From assembly GCA_010093815.1 (NCBI GenBank), contig ML996571.1: a DNA stretch of 64,000 bases; one strand, given 5' to 3'. The notes under the pieces are model-generated. The model saw only the letters and a program-made list of their open reading frames with translations, ran no database searches and had not been told where the DNA came from. This document shows, in pieces, positions 1 through 12,195 of this stretch (positions are counted from its first letter, which is position 1; each line of letters begins with the position of its first letter). This DNA is from Pseudovirgaria hyperparasitica (lineage: Eukaryota). A program made the position numbers and the translations under genes.

Positions 1-390
1 TAATCTTATTATAAGAGTAGACTACCCTTTTAAATATATTTCTAAATCCTTCTATAACCTATTAGACTACTATTCTACGTCTATAATTCTTATATCTAGT
101 CTCTAGAATAGAATAGTATTAATTATCTCTAGAGTATAGTAGAGATAGAATAGCTCTAGAGTAAAGTAGAACTAGAACTCTTCTATAGAGTACTAGAGTA
201 TATAATTCTATAGAATAGAGTAGAGCTAGACTCTTATTCTATATAACTTTATATATTATATATAATAGAATAGTAGATATAATCTCTAGTTTATAACTAT
301 ATATTTTATCTATAAGACTATAAAGTCGATTAATTTAAGAACTTATACTATAGACATATATAATATAGTATATAGTACCATATAAATATC
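1..390. mobile_element. AT-rich RIP-mutated repeat relic (runs off the window start)
   Basis: Very AT-rich, strong TpA/TAG/CTA excess and almost no CpA/TpG. Recurring TAGAG units could be RIP products of TGGAG repeats. No ORF. Confidence 0.7.
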
Positions 391-392
391 TA

Positions 393-2115
393 CTAATCGT
401 CTTGGTTACTCTCTTCAATATCATTAGGTATCTTTCTATATTTTTCTTCCTCTATCTCTTTATATGATGCGTAACCAAGCATCGTAAATGCTATAATAAT
501 AAGAACGCCTCCAACCAGCGCGACGAAAGTAAGATCAGAGTGGAGAGGTGGTGGTAAGAGTTCATCCAGTAGAGTAACGATGAACACAGTTAACAAGGCC
601 GCCACCGAGGACAAGACCGGAGACGTTAAGCTTATTAGAACAAGGAAAGACCCAGAGAACGCTGTGGTTTTCGTTAGTCATAACCATGATTCGAGGGCTA
701 CCAGCACTTACTAGCATTAGCAAGTACAGAGATGGCCATCAGCCAACCAGCTTTCCCGTATGGTAGCTCGAATTTCTCCCAACCTGTATAATGGAGGATA
801 GGTAATGGGACCCAAAGCACAACTAGGGTGAAGCAGCCAATGGCACTACCAAAGGCGTTGGCGAATATCATGCTGCGGCCGGGACTGCATCCGTCAGGAG
901 GACAAGCAAGCTTCTTATACAAAACCTCGTACAGCCCATATAGGACGCTTCCAAGTCCTATGACGAGGTTGCCGAAAATTCGGTTTTGCGCCTCATGTGA
1001 AGAAGACATCGCCGTGTTCCCACCAGCACCTCGTCCAGACTGGTCACCATGCTTAGCTGGAGTGCTCTCTCCATATGCCAAAACAAGTACTCCCAAGATA
1101 GCCACCAGTACTGCCACTATTTTTGACAACCGTACCCTCTCATGTAGAAGCGGAACACTGAAGACGTACGCAAAGAAGGCTGAGCAGTTGTATATAGCTG
1201 TCAGATCACTAGCAGTTGTGTAGTCGACGGCGACGTACCAACTCCCGCCCGCAATCGTCAGCGCACACGTTATAAAAGCTGTCGTCTTGAGCATATACAG
1301 CACCGGCGATATGGTGACTGCGCGTCCGGCCGGACGTAGTGTATTATGCTCAATCATTTGAGCTGTTTGCCGTAAGTTTTGAACATGCCGTCTCCAAAAG
1401 GTGCTCCATGGCTGGTTCCAAGCTTTTACACGAAGGATCAAGAGTTGCACAGGCCATAAGAGGAACCAGGACCCGTGGGTGAAGTATCTATTGGCAATAC
1501 TTCGTCAGTGATTATATGGAACCTCAGACTCGAGCACCAATTTACTGACAACATGCAATATGCCTTGTTCCATTTCAACTCGTGTTGGATGTATACTGCT
1601 GTCTCTGTCTGAACTACAAAGCTGACAAGACTTAGCAACAGAAATGCTGCTGCATACGCATATCTCTTCTTAGTTGCCCGCCTAGCTTCCAATTCAAGAT
1701 CTCTTTCGCGGAATGTAGACCGTCGAGATATCACTAGCCGTGGAGGGGATCCATAACCAGCAATTTTATTCTTAAGTAGAGGTTGGTTACCGGATTGTGA
1801 ATCGTTCGCCCGATATGGCGGCCTAAGATCTGAGGGCATCTCGTCGTTGCTATCGCACCAGTCCTCAAAGTTGTCTTGTTCACTGCAATACGCCTGATCG
1901 TTCTTCGCTTCTTGTGCGTCTATAGGTTGTCTGTCGGTAGCTTGGCTTGAAGGTGGTATTCGAGAAAGATGAGCAGGGCTCTGTGAGGGTGTTTGAACAG
2001 GCGGGCCTAGGGGCGGGATGATGGAGCCGAAACCATATGAATTGTCTGATGGCGGATGATCGTCGGCGACTTGTACATAAGCAGCTGACCCGGGAACAGA
2101 GACATCTTTAGGCAT
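393..2115 (-). CDS. EamA/DMT-superfamily (SLC35F-like) membrane transporter; exons 2115-1550, 1487-712, 661-393
   Basis: Three ORF-track pieces join through GT-AG introns (1549-1488, 711-662) with branch sites. Spliced joins read ML|YFTHGSW and NA|TFSGSFLVLISLTSPVLSSVAALL. Many hydrophobic helices; motif SDLTAIYNCSAFFAYVFS. Confidence 0.85.
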
Positions 2116-2199
2116 GCATGCGGTTAGTAAGTAGAATAGGAATGCAGGATGTTGTTAGGACGTGCACTACAATAGATGTAGATGGACCACTCTAGTCAG

Positions 2200-2435
2200 T
2201 CCATTATGGTTTATCTTAGTAAACTTAGACCACTGCGAGAAGGATTAGATAAAGTACTATTACTCTTATATATAAAGATTAATTTCTAATAAGTAGAAAT
2301 TAGATTATATAGTCTAATTATATAGTAGACTTAATATAGTTAATCTAATATATAGAGATATAAGAGAGATAGTACTTTCTAGTCTTACAATATGTAAGAC
2401 TATGATAGACTATATTACTAATATATTACTAGTAA
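2200..2435. repeat. Short AT-rich RIP-like island in a divergent promoter
   Basis: TpA-rich and CpA-poor. Contains the inverted repeat TAGTCTTACA-ATA-TGTAAGACTA (2380-2402) and a tandem TATATTACTA. Confidence 0.6.
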
Positions 2436-2526
2436 TCCGTTGATTGACCGCGGGCTACACCTTACATTTTTAGGAACCGACTTTTGCCCACGCGCTCGAC
2501 TGCCACTGCTTGTCTAGCTCATCAAT

Positions 2527-4692
2527 ATGATAAGAATATCGCCTAGGACACTATTGCGGGAATGCAAGACAGGAGTAGAACCTATAGCCATTTCTGGCGT
2601 TTCGCGTCACATCGTCCGCTTATCAAACCGTGGGCTGTTGACAAGAGCTCATACTGTTGGGCCCAGTGAGGTAAGTACCGCTAGAGCAAGTAACATCAAT
2701 AGTGAAGTGGCCTGATACTGCATACTAATACGTCTCTGACAATTAGCCACCACTTCTGGAACAAACCATCAGTGAGAACTTTGCCGATATAGTTAGCCGT
2801 CATGGAGATCGACCAGCGTAAACAATCACAACTTCATGCATGAAAACGAGTTTCACAATTGACATAGCCAGGGTTCATTCCCGTCATCAGCAGAAGACCC
2901 TGTCGTATGCCGATCTGGACCGGCAGAGCAGCGAGATAGCGCGAGGTCTGGTGAAAAGAGGTATCAAGAAAGGCGATAGAGTGGCCGTGTTTCTAGGAAA
3001 CAACATTGAATTTGCAGTAGTACGCATTACTCATTCAACTTGAGCGGACGCTCTGCTAATGGTGTCAGATCACATATTCGCTCTATAAACTTGGAGCAAT
3101 CCTCGTGCGTCCTGAACAGCGATCAGCATGGCGAATGACCTGACGGTAACAGATATAGGTACCCCTGAATCCTGCCTTCAATGTCACCCAAGTCATTGCT
3201 GCACTTACCCACCTCTCAGCAACACAACTCGTCGTTGGTCTCGAAACAAATCTACCACGCAAAGAGCCAAGGTCTAACATTCCTATGCTACAGCAGATGA
3301 TCCCAGGTATTACATCGTCAAGGTTGGAGTCAGAGCTCGTCCCTTCTTTGAAAAGTGTTGTATTTGTCGATAATTCACAGGGTCGCATAGATACAGATAA
3401 GTTTAGATCTCTAACGCCCTGGGGCCAGGTAGAAGAGGATGGCGGCCGGTACGATGTCTTGCTCACCTCAGAGCTTGATCCCAGCGAGACAGTGAACATC
3501 CAGTTCACCAGTGGGACAACCAGTACGCCGAAGGCGGCATGTTTGTCTCATAGAAACATTCTAAACAATGGTAAGGCTATCGGAGATCGGATGCTTCTTA
3601 CCGAGAAGGATGTTGTATGCTGTCCGCCTCCTCTTTTCCATTGCTTTGGCAGCGTGTTGGGATATCAGGCGACTGCAACCCACGGCTCCAGCATCGTGTT
3701 CCCGACTGAAGCCTTCGATCCTCTTGCGACTCTCAGATCAGTGCAAGAGTACCGCGCTACTGCACTATATGGTGTACCCACGATGTTCACAGCCTGCCTG
3801 GAATTGCTTGCCGATGGCACAATTCTTCACGAGGGCTTTCAATATCTGCGCACCGGAATTGCAGCGGGTTCCCCGGTACCTTCCGAGCTCATGAAGAAAC
3901 TCCATATGGTGCTCAATCTCACAGATCTTACAATATGTTATGGTATGACAGAGACCTCGCCGGTGAGTTGCCAGACAACGACAGATGACCCTCTAGAAAG
4001 GCGTATTGACAGCGTCGGTCGGCCGCTGTCTCATGTCGAGGCGAAGATTGTGGATCCCAGCGACTGGTCAAAAACCTTAGGTGTTGATGAGCGAGGAGAA
4101 TTGGCTGTTAGTGGTTATAACGTTATGGGTGGATACTGGCGGGATGATATACGGACGAAAGAGGTTCTCGTGCCTGACGAGATGGGAAAGATGTGGATGC
4201 ATGTAGGGAATAACTAGAAACTCCTCGATCAGGCCTGCTAACGGTATACACTAGACTGGTGACGAGGCTTCTATGTCCCCCGATGGCTACGTGCGTATTA
4301 CAGGCCGTATTAAAGACATTATTATCCGTGGCGGTGAGAATATCCATCCACTTGAGATAGAAAATTGTCTCTTCGCACATCCATCAATATCTGAGGTTTC
4401 GGTTGTCGGGATGCCTGACGAACACTACGGTGAAGCTGTAGCAGCCTTTATAGTACCCAACTCTCGTTCCTCTGAAGCGCTGCACGCGAGTGATAGGGAG
4501 GGGAAAGACCCGACAGCTGAAGAAGTGAGGACATGGGTCCGAGAGCGATTAAGCCATCATTTAGTACCAAAGTACGTGTTCTGGGCAGAAGACTTTGGCG
4601 AGTTTCCGAAGACACCGAGTGGGAAGATACAAAAATACAAGCTAAGAGACCAGGGAATCGGGTTAATTAAGTCTATGGCAAAATCCGTATAA
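2527..4692 (+). CDS. AMP-binding acyl-CoA synthetase (ACSF2-like); introns 2671-2746, 2818-2871, 3020-3068, 3105-3158, 4203-4254
   Basis: P-loop QFTSGTTSTPK, YGMTETSP, spliced MH|TGDE, GRIKDIIIRGGENI and PKTPSGKIQK. Arg-rich N-terminus resembles a mitochondrial presequence. All five introns restore frame. Confidence 0.92.
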
Positions 4693-4897
4693 TAATATAA
4701 GATCCCTCCATTCTTGTCTAGTATTTATATTATATTATAACTATAGTCTAGACTATTGAAATAAAAATATTTATAACACTATACTAGACTAGGCTTATCT
4801 CTCTCTATATATTTTATTTTAGTTTTAAAAGCTATACTATACGAAACTAAATAATTATATTATATTATATAATAAACTCTACTCGATAGTCTAGAGA

Positions 4898-4932
<35 letters not shown>

Positions 4933-5013
4933 AATAATAAATTAAACATCTATTTTAATATAGGCCGAAGTCACGTGACTAATTAGTAGACCAGAACATA
5001 CATATATATCTAT

Positions 5014-5044
<31 letters not shown>

Positions 5045-5060
5045 GTTATACAAGTAGTTA
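4693..5060. repeat. AT-rich RIP-like island with (TA)n (~4900-4928) and (GA)n (~5023-5044) microsatellites
   Basis: Base composition and tandem dinucleotides seen directly. Confidence 0.7.
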
Positions 5061-7835
5061 ACCTCGTGCCCACATGACCGACTATAATCATCTAGGGAAG
5101 GATTGAAGAGTAAAGGACAGTAAAGGCCACGGACCGTTCGGGGGCCAGAGCACCGTACAGACCTGAATGAATGCTGGGGCTGGGATAGTCCCTGACCACT
5201 TCCTTCGATCAGGTAGCTTTCCCGCCTCAGTCCCTGCCCCCTCCCCCGGGTGAATGAGCTTTGTAACTCTGCAAACTAGGTCTTCTCAAGACTCGCGCCC
5301 ATTAACAGGTAGAGCTATCGACGAGGCAGAGACTAGAGGTGACAGGCCCTTATGTAGGATAAGAGACTAGGCAGTCGCTTCCACCAGGCAGATGTCGTCA
5401 CACGTCCAGCCCGTCAGACTTCTAATTCTCCCGTGGTCTTCGATGGTCTTCGTCTCATAGTATATGTAGTTGAGTCACGAAGACATGATTCGTACGTGGC
5501 CTCATAGAGAGGGTTTTGAACGGTCAGGTGCCAGGGCTGCGGCTGTGCGTTGTCGATGGTCGATGGATGCGGGTCAAAGAAGAGGTGGAGACACTACTGC
5601 CTTCTTGGAATCACGCAGACCCGCCGTTCTGGAGCCCTGCTAGACTAGAATTGGTCTACTGTGTGTCATGGGCTCTCTATTTCTAGGTTCTGGCTGTCCC
5701 GCAGGCTGTGAGAACCATGAACCACTGTGGACCTTCATCAGCTACTGAGTACTACATGTGGGTTGTCTAGATGATGCATCGAAAATTACCGCTTCTTGTG
5801 ATATGACCGGTTGTCGGGTGGCTAAGTGTTTCCTAAGCATCCCGTTGGATACCCGTGAGTGTATCCACATGTCCTAACATCCGATCGAGTCCACAGTCTA
5901 TAGCCCTTGGTGCATCTCGGTTCTTGATCAGCGGGCAGCTCCACGAACCCCTGCACCGAACTCCTGGGCCGAGAGTCTTTGACGACTCAGGCACGTACCA
6001 GGTAGGTATTTCCCACCTTAAACAGAGCACTTGAAGGCAGAGAAAGCAAAATAGCATGAATAATCAGCGGTCGAATGTTTCGGCCAGGAGGGCAGTGTGT
6101 AGCCGTGCACATAGCCAATAAGAAGCAATTGCCGATTTTGATATGCACGAGGTGCAGGCCCGTGACTATGTCCGGGCCTTGTTAAAAGTGTGTGTTTGCT
6201 GCCAACATGGCATCGTCAGCAGTGTGGATCGTTGATGCTCGAGAGAGCGTAGCTCGTCAAGCATAGTCGGAGACAAAACACGTGGTATGTGACCACCTGG
6301 CTCATGGATTTGACTGAACACTTGTTCGCACTTCTCCCGAGTCGGATGAATACACGCGCAGCAGCGTCACAATCAAAGTATGTACTAACACACAGACAGT
6401 TCATGGCCGTGGGAATGTACTATCTGGCGACAAATAAGTACTGTGTATGGACCCTGTCTTTTCATCTTCTTACAACGATCTGCCTAGGTACCTACCTAAT
6501 TACTGTGTAGAAGATGAACCTTGCGGACAGGTCACCCCGCCCTACCCCCCCCTCCCCCTCCCCTCTCCCCAAGGGTCTCTTGCAGGACTCAGCCAGCATT
6601 GAAATTCGGCCGCTGTCGGCTAGAGCTCGACAGTTGTAGCCAATCCGAAACATCTGCAGAAGCTAGAGACACTAACAGCCCAGCCGCGCAGTGATCGATT
6701 GACTTCCCCGGATTCCGCCTCTACACAGCGCTCCACGCCACAATCTCGTCGCCAGCTCTTTACCGTTCTACCTCTACTCTTCAATCTATTGCCCTTTCAA
6801 TGTGTTTGTATTGTTTTCGCATGCGCACAGTGGTAGCTCCTTTTATCTATACCCACCACCTCGCAATTGTGCGTGGGCTGTCTGTCAATTGACCAGGTCA
6901 CGTCCGCGCAACGTTTGTTCTTGACTTCTTGTCAACAACGGCTTCGGCCCTCTGAAGACCTTGCTCGAACACAACCGAATTTGGGACCACAATTCAGCGT
7001 CTTTGACTCGATCTGGGTTATCATCTTCATCTACCTTGTTACGCATCGTTACATCTGGTTCTTCCGAACCCGCACGTCAGTTTCGCGACACTGTGCGCTC
7101 TTCACTAGCCCGGCTTCGCCGTTCTACTCTGTCTTTGCAGGCGCCGTGGCCTGTGCCGTAGGAGGAGAAAGAAATTAGTGAGCGAGATAAAGAGCGAGAT
7201 AGAGAGTGGGGAGGAGAGATAGAGAGAGATTGTGACTGGCTGTGTACGACGCTTCTGAAGTGAGAGACGTCGACGGTCGCGGAACTGCAGCAACTCCTTC
7301 CGGTGAATTCAGTTCGGCCTACTTCGATTCTACCTCTTCATTTCGTCTACTCTACCCTCTTGTTTCCTCTCTGTCTCACGTCACACTCTGTTCCATCGGC
7401 TCATTATTTCATCTCTCTCCCAAGTTCATACTCTGTATGATAGTGGAACTCCTGGTTGCCCCCAACTTTCGAAACACTGGCTCAAGATCGGATCAAGGCC
7501 TGCGCAGTGCATCAGATTGATCTTTCCTATGAGATATCTCACTCAGAAACATACGTTTGTTGTTATTATTTACTTTTCGAGACCTTCACTCGAGAGGATC
7601 CCGCTGGTATTCGTACATAATATACTGGATCGGTCTCCAGCCTCATTCCCTTGCAAACCCTGTCATACACATTCATATATATATGTATACCAGAGGCCCA
7701 TTGTGTTCTACCGAGACCTCTTGTATTCTGCCACACGTGCCTTATTGGAAAAGAGCCTCTAGTTGGATTGCCTAGGAGGCTGTGTTGGTTAAACAAGGCA
7801 ACAACTTCTAGCGTGTTGAATCTGTACAATACCCG

Positions 7836-10800
7836 ATGTTGCCTGCGAGTTCAAACGACCCTGCGAGCAGTGGGAACAGTGCTGCCAATACAGGTAATGT
7901 CACATCTCCGTAAACTAGTAGCTACCCTGGCTTACAATGTCCTTCCAATTAGTAACTACAATAATCACCAAAACCGAGCCAGGAAACAATTTTCCGCTAC
8001 CGAAGACCGACAAACCGCGTCCCCACGGTTGTACGACATGTGGTAGATCATTCGCGCGGTTGGAGCATTTGAAACGACATGAGCGGTCGCACACGAAGGA
8101 GAAGCCTTTTGAATGCCCACAATGCACACGCTGCTTTGCGCGCCGAGATCTACTTCTGCGCCATCAGCAGAAGCTGCATAAACAGGGCGAAACGTCCTTA
8201 AGGCCAAGAAGTGCTCGAAGGGAAAGCACAAGTGGAATGCCTGCAACCGGCTCTGCACGAGTGCGCAAGAATTCAATAGCAGGCAGTCTCGTAGGAGGAG
8301 CAAACCCATCTGTGCGGCCTCGAGCAAACACAATTAGTCATATTGATGCAGCAGGGTTGAACAATTTTCTGGCTACAAACGGCATGGCACAAAGGAATCA
8401 TGGAACACATGGAGGCCATAGCCATCATTCCAGCATGGCCGGATTCCCCTCTATACATGATTATGATTATCGGGGGTTCGTTGGAAGTGTTGGACATCAC
8501 TTGACCAACCACGGTCTCCCGAAGCTCGACACGCAATTGGGGTTGGACTTGGGTGGAGGTCTCCGTACGGCCCCTCCAATACATGGCTTTCATGCGGACA
8601 CCTTTGAGATAGACCAGATCTTTGGTGGCGGTTCGACCATCAACCCTGCCCAGCTACAATTTCATAATTCAGCCTCTCCGTTCCAGAATATGCATCAATT
8701 TACCGGACAATCCATGGACGAAGATGAATCCTTTGATTGGACTGCTGGATTCGACCAGTCTATGACAATGGCTGGACCGGGGCCAACTGAACACGCCATT
8801 GACGAGTCATCTCCAAGCGCCATGAGCAACACCACTCAAAGTGGCTTTAGCGAAGTCATGATTGATGGTTCCAATAATTCAACTCAGGCGTCAGCAGCTA
8901 TGTGGCACAACGCGCTATCGACACCGACCTCTATGGTTCAGCCTTCTTTCAATCTAGACACGATAGGTGCTGCGTTTGCGCCGGAGCTGATGAATCATAT
9001 GAGTATCACATCACCCAGGGAAGGACAAGATCAAAACATTCCGCATGAGTTTAGCCTCTCGTCACCTCCACCCCTTCCAACGATGAGTCCTACGACTGGT
9101 TTACACAGGATTCCAGGCGTGCAGCACCATTACCACCAAACTGCCCCACTCACCATTAATTCTGAGAGTCCGAGTGTGGGCTCTTCATCCATGAATGGAA
9201 GTGCACGGCACAGCTCTATAACTTCGATATCGTCAGACTCTATTACCGACACTACAAGGCAGGCATTGGTCATGACCCTATCCCAGGCACAAGGCTACGG
9301 ACATACCCACCGGAAATATTCACAACCAACAACAAGCTCGCCTTTATCATCGAATGGGCTGTCTAAACCGGTACCTCAACTCGCCTCATTGCCAACGACC
9401 ATCGATCTACAACGTTTCGTCAACGCATACATACAGTATTTTCACCCCCACTTACCATTTCTTCATATCCCGACACTGTCCTTCGATAGTGCTACTTTCA
9501 ATAGTACGGTTCATAACGCACCATTTACGAACGAGGGCATCGTAGGTGGTGGCGGATGTCTCATCCTTGCCATGGCTGCCATTGGCGCCCTATACGAATT
9601 TGAGCACGAGGTCGCTACTGAGCTGTTCGACTCAGCTAAAAGACTGATAATGTTCTATCTAGAAGAAAGAAGAAAAGCGGGCATTTCCGCCGTTGCTTCA
9701 CAAAATCTGAATCCACAGGGTCAGGAGGCTCCTTTGTGGCTCATACAAGCTATGCTACTCAATTTGGTTTATGGGCATAATTGTGGCAATAAAACGGCTG
9801 CAGAAGTCGCAACGACACATTGTGCCGCCTTGGTGAGCCTATGCAAGTCCTGTGGTTTGGACAAGGCAGGTCCTGACCCCCTGGATGATGTATCATATGA
9901 TAGCAACGATCTCTTTGATGGCGATGTGAACATGGCTGGAATATCACACTCGAGCGACTTGCATCAACAATGGTTACGTTGGAAAGACCACGAGGAGCGT
10001 AAAAGAACATTCTACGCAGTGTTCGTCCTCTCTAGTCTGTTGGTGACCGCTTACGCACATCAGCCGAGAATTTTGAATTCCGAAATTCGCCTGGACCTAC
10101 CATGCGACGAAGATTTGTGGACCGCAAATAGCTCACAGGTCTGGGGAACTCTTAGCGGTCCAACAACTGCTGGACGAAGAAACCTGTCGTTTGCTCATGC
10201 CCTAAGCTACTTGTTGCAAGCAAGCAATAGACAGCAGGAACCATACGGTGCTACTGGACAAACTCCCTTAAGACCTAGCACCTTCGGATGCTACGTCTTG
10301 ATCAATGCTCTACACGTGTACATATGGGAAACTAGAAATCGGCACACTTCTCGTCAGTGGAAGAGTCAAGAGACCGATGCGATGATCTCACAAGTACAAC
10401 CTGCGTTACAGGCTTGGCAAGAAGCCTGGAATTCGAATCCTCAGCATAGCCTCGAGCGACCCAATCCGTTTGGGCCATTGTCTGCTGATAGCATTCCTTT
10501 GTTGGACTGTGCATACGTACGGCTGTTTGTAGATATCGGTCGTACCAAAGAATCGATCTGGCAGAGAGACTTTGACGCTATGGCGGATGAAATTGCCATA
10601 GGATTGGACGAATTAAGCCCAACAGATACTTTGGAAGGCATACGAAGCGAAGGGGACACGAATCCAACAACAATGTCTCTTGAGATCCCGAACTTTACCG
10701 ACGAAGAACAGAACTTGGACCAGCATTCCGGCAAGGCTAGCAAGCGCGAGCGGCATCTTCGTCGAGCAGCGTTTTTCGCCGCAGATTCGTTATTGATGGC

Positions 10801-11322
10801 AGTCGAACTCAAAGTGACTTTTGCAGACTTTACTTCGCGTGAGCTACCCCTGCAGTCAGCTATGTGCACTTTTGAATGCGCACAGGTCCTTGCTGAATGG
10901 GTAGCATCTGTACAAGATAGGGTCGGCAGATTTATTGGTATCCTTGGAAAGGATGAGATAAACTTGGATCAGGTCCCTGCTATCATTTTGTTGGAAGATG
11001 AAGACAAAAAACTGATTGACAAGCTTTCAAGAATACTAGCCCAGTCAGACGCGAAACTATCCATGAATGAGATGGGCCAGAATTTGACTGTTCCTGGCTT
11101 ATGCGATCTTTCAAATTATGGTTTTGGTAGTAAACTCCTGATGGTCGCCGCGTATATGTTGGAGAAGGCTGGAGTATGGCCGGGTATATCACTTTGACAT
11201 CGACGAACTTTGGAAAGCGCTAACGTGTTACAGTAGTTACGCATGTCATGGCACAAGCGTTACAGTCTCATGCGGACCACATGCATAGACGTGCCGAGGC
11301 ATCACTCATAGAAAGGACGTGA
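7836..11322 (+). CDS. C2H2 zinc-finger transcription factor with fungal TF middle-homology domain (AmdX/Adr1/Tda9-like); introns 7894-7952 and 11184-11233/11236
   Basis: Two fingers: [21 protein letters not shown] and [32 protein letters not shown] and EERKRTFY motifs. Both introns restore frame; stop TGA at 11320-11322. Confidence 0.9.
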
Positions 11323-12195
11323 CGTTGGCAGATGCACGGGCTCCCCTTGAGTGTCACCGCTCTTTTTTGTTGACCACCATAGATGGCAATAATCGGATCC
11401 GTGAGACATTGGGGCTGCAAAAGCGATTTCCAAGGGTCCTAAAAGGTCGCCCTTGAGTCCCCTCTTCATACAGACTTTGGTATCAGCGCATTCTCTCTCG
11501 GAAGACTATGCTCTCATTAGTTCAAAGATTCTTCCGGATCCATTCCTTTCCTTGCCGTCACAACATGTATATCTTGGTGTTTCGTTGCCAGGCAACTTCC
11601 CACGATCTTGGGCTTCAGAGTCAAGTGCTTCATAAGCTGAGGCAAGTTTGGCGTGGATTTTATGATGGCACATGTGTTTCGTCGGTCAATATCATTGTTA
11701 CCTTGTTGCACTCCGTCGTGGGAGGTCAATTTGAAGGAAGATTCCTGCTATGTCTCGAAGGGTCTCCCCGAGGTGGAGGTCAGCACATGGAGAATCAAGG
11801 GACAGTCCGAGAAGAGCCTGAACGCCTTATCTGAGTTGTAAAAGCGTTGACGTGGCTACGAACCGGATTCATAAGGATTGGAACACGATGCAGTGATCTG
11901 CGCAATTATGTAGGTACGAGATAAGATACGGAAATTGATGGTGATCATCCACTCGGAGAGAGAGCCTCAACCGAGAAGCTTAAATTGGCTCCTGCGGTTG
12001 ATATGCACGTTGGAAGCTTCTTGGCAACCTCCAGCAGTATAAATCGGAGGCGCCCGTCACTATCGTACTTGATAGCTCATTTATCTACTATAACACCAAG
12101 CCATGTAAACACAGATCACCGACTCCTCACACCCTGATTAAACGCCAAACTTTTGCCACCAGATATCGCCCTCACCTTCCCGAACACAGGAGTAC

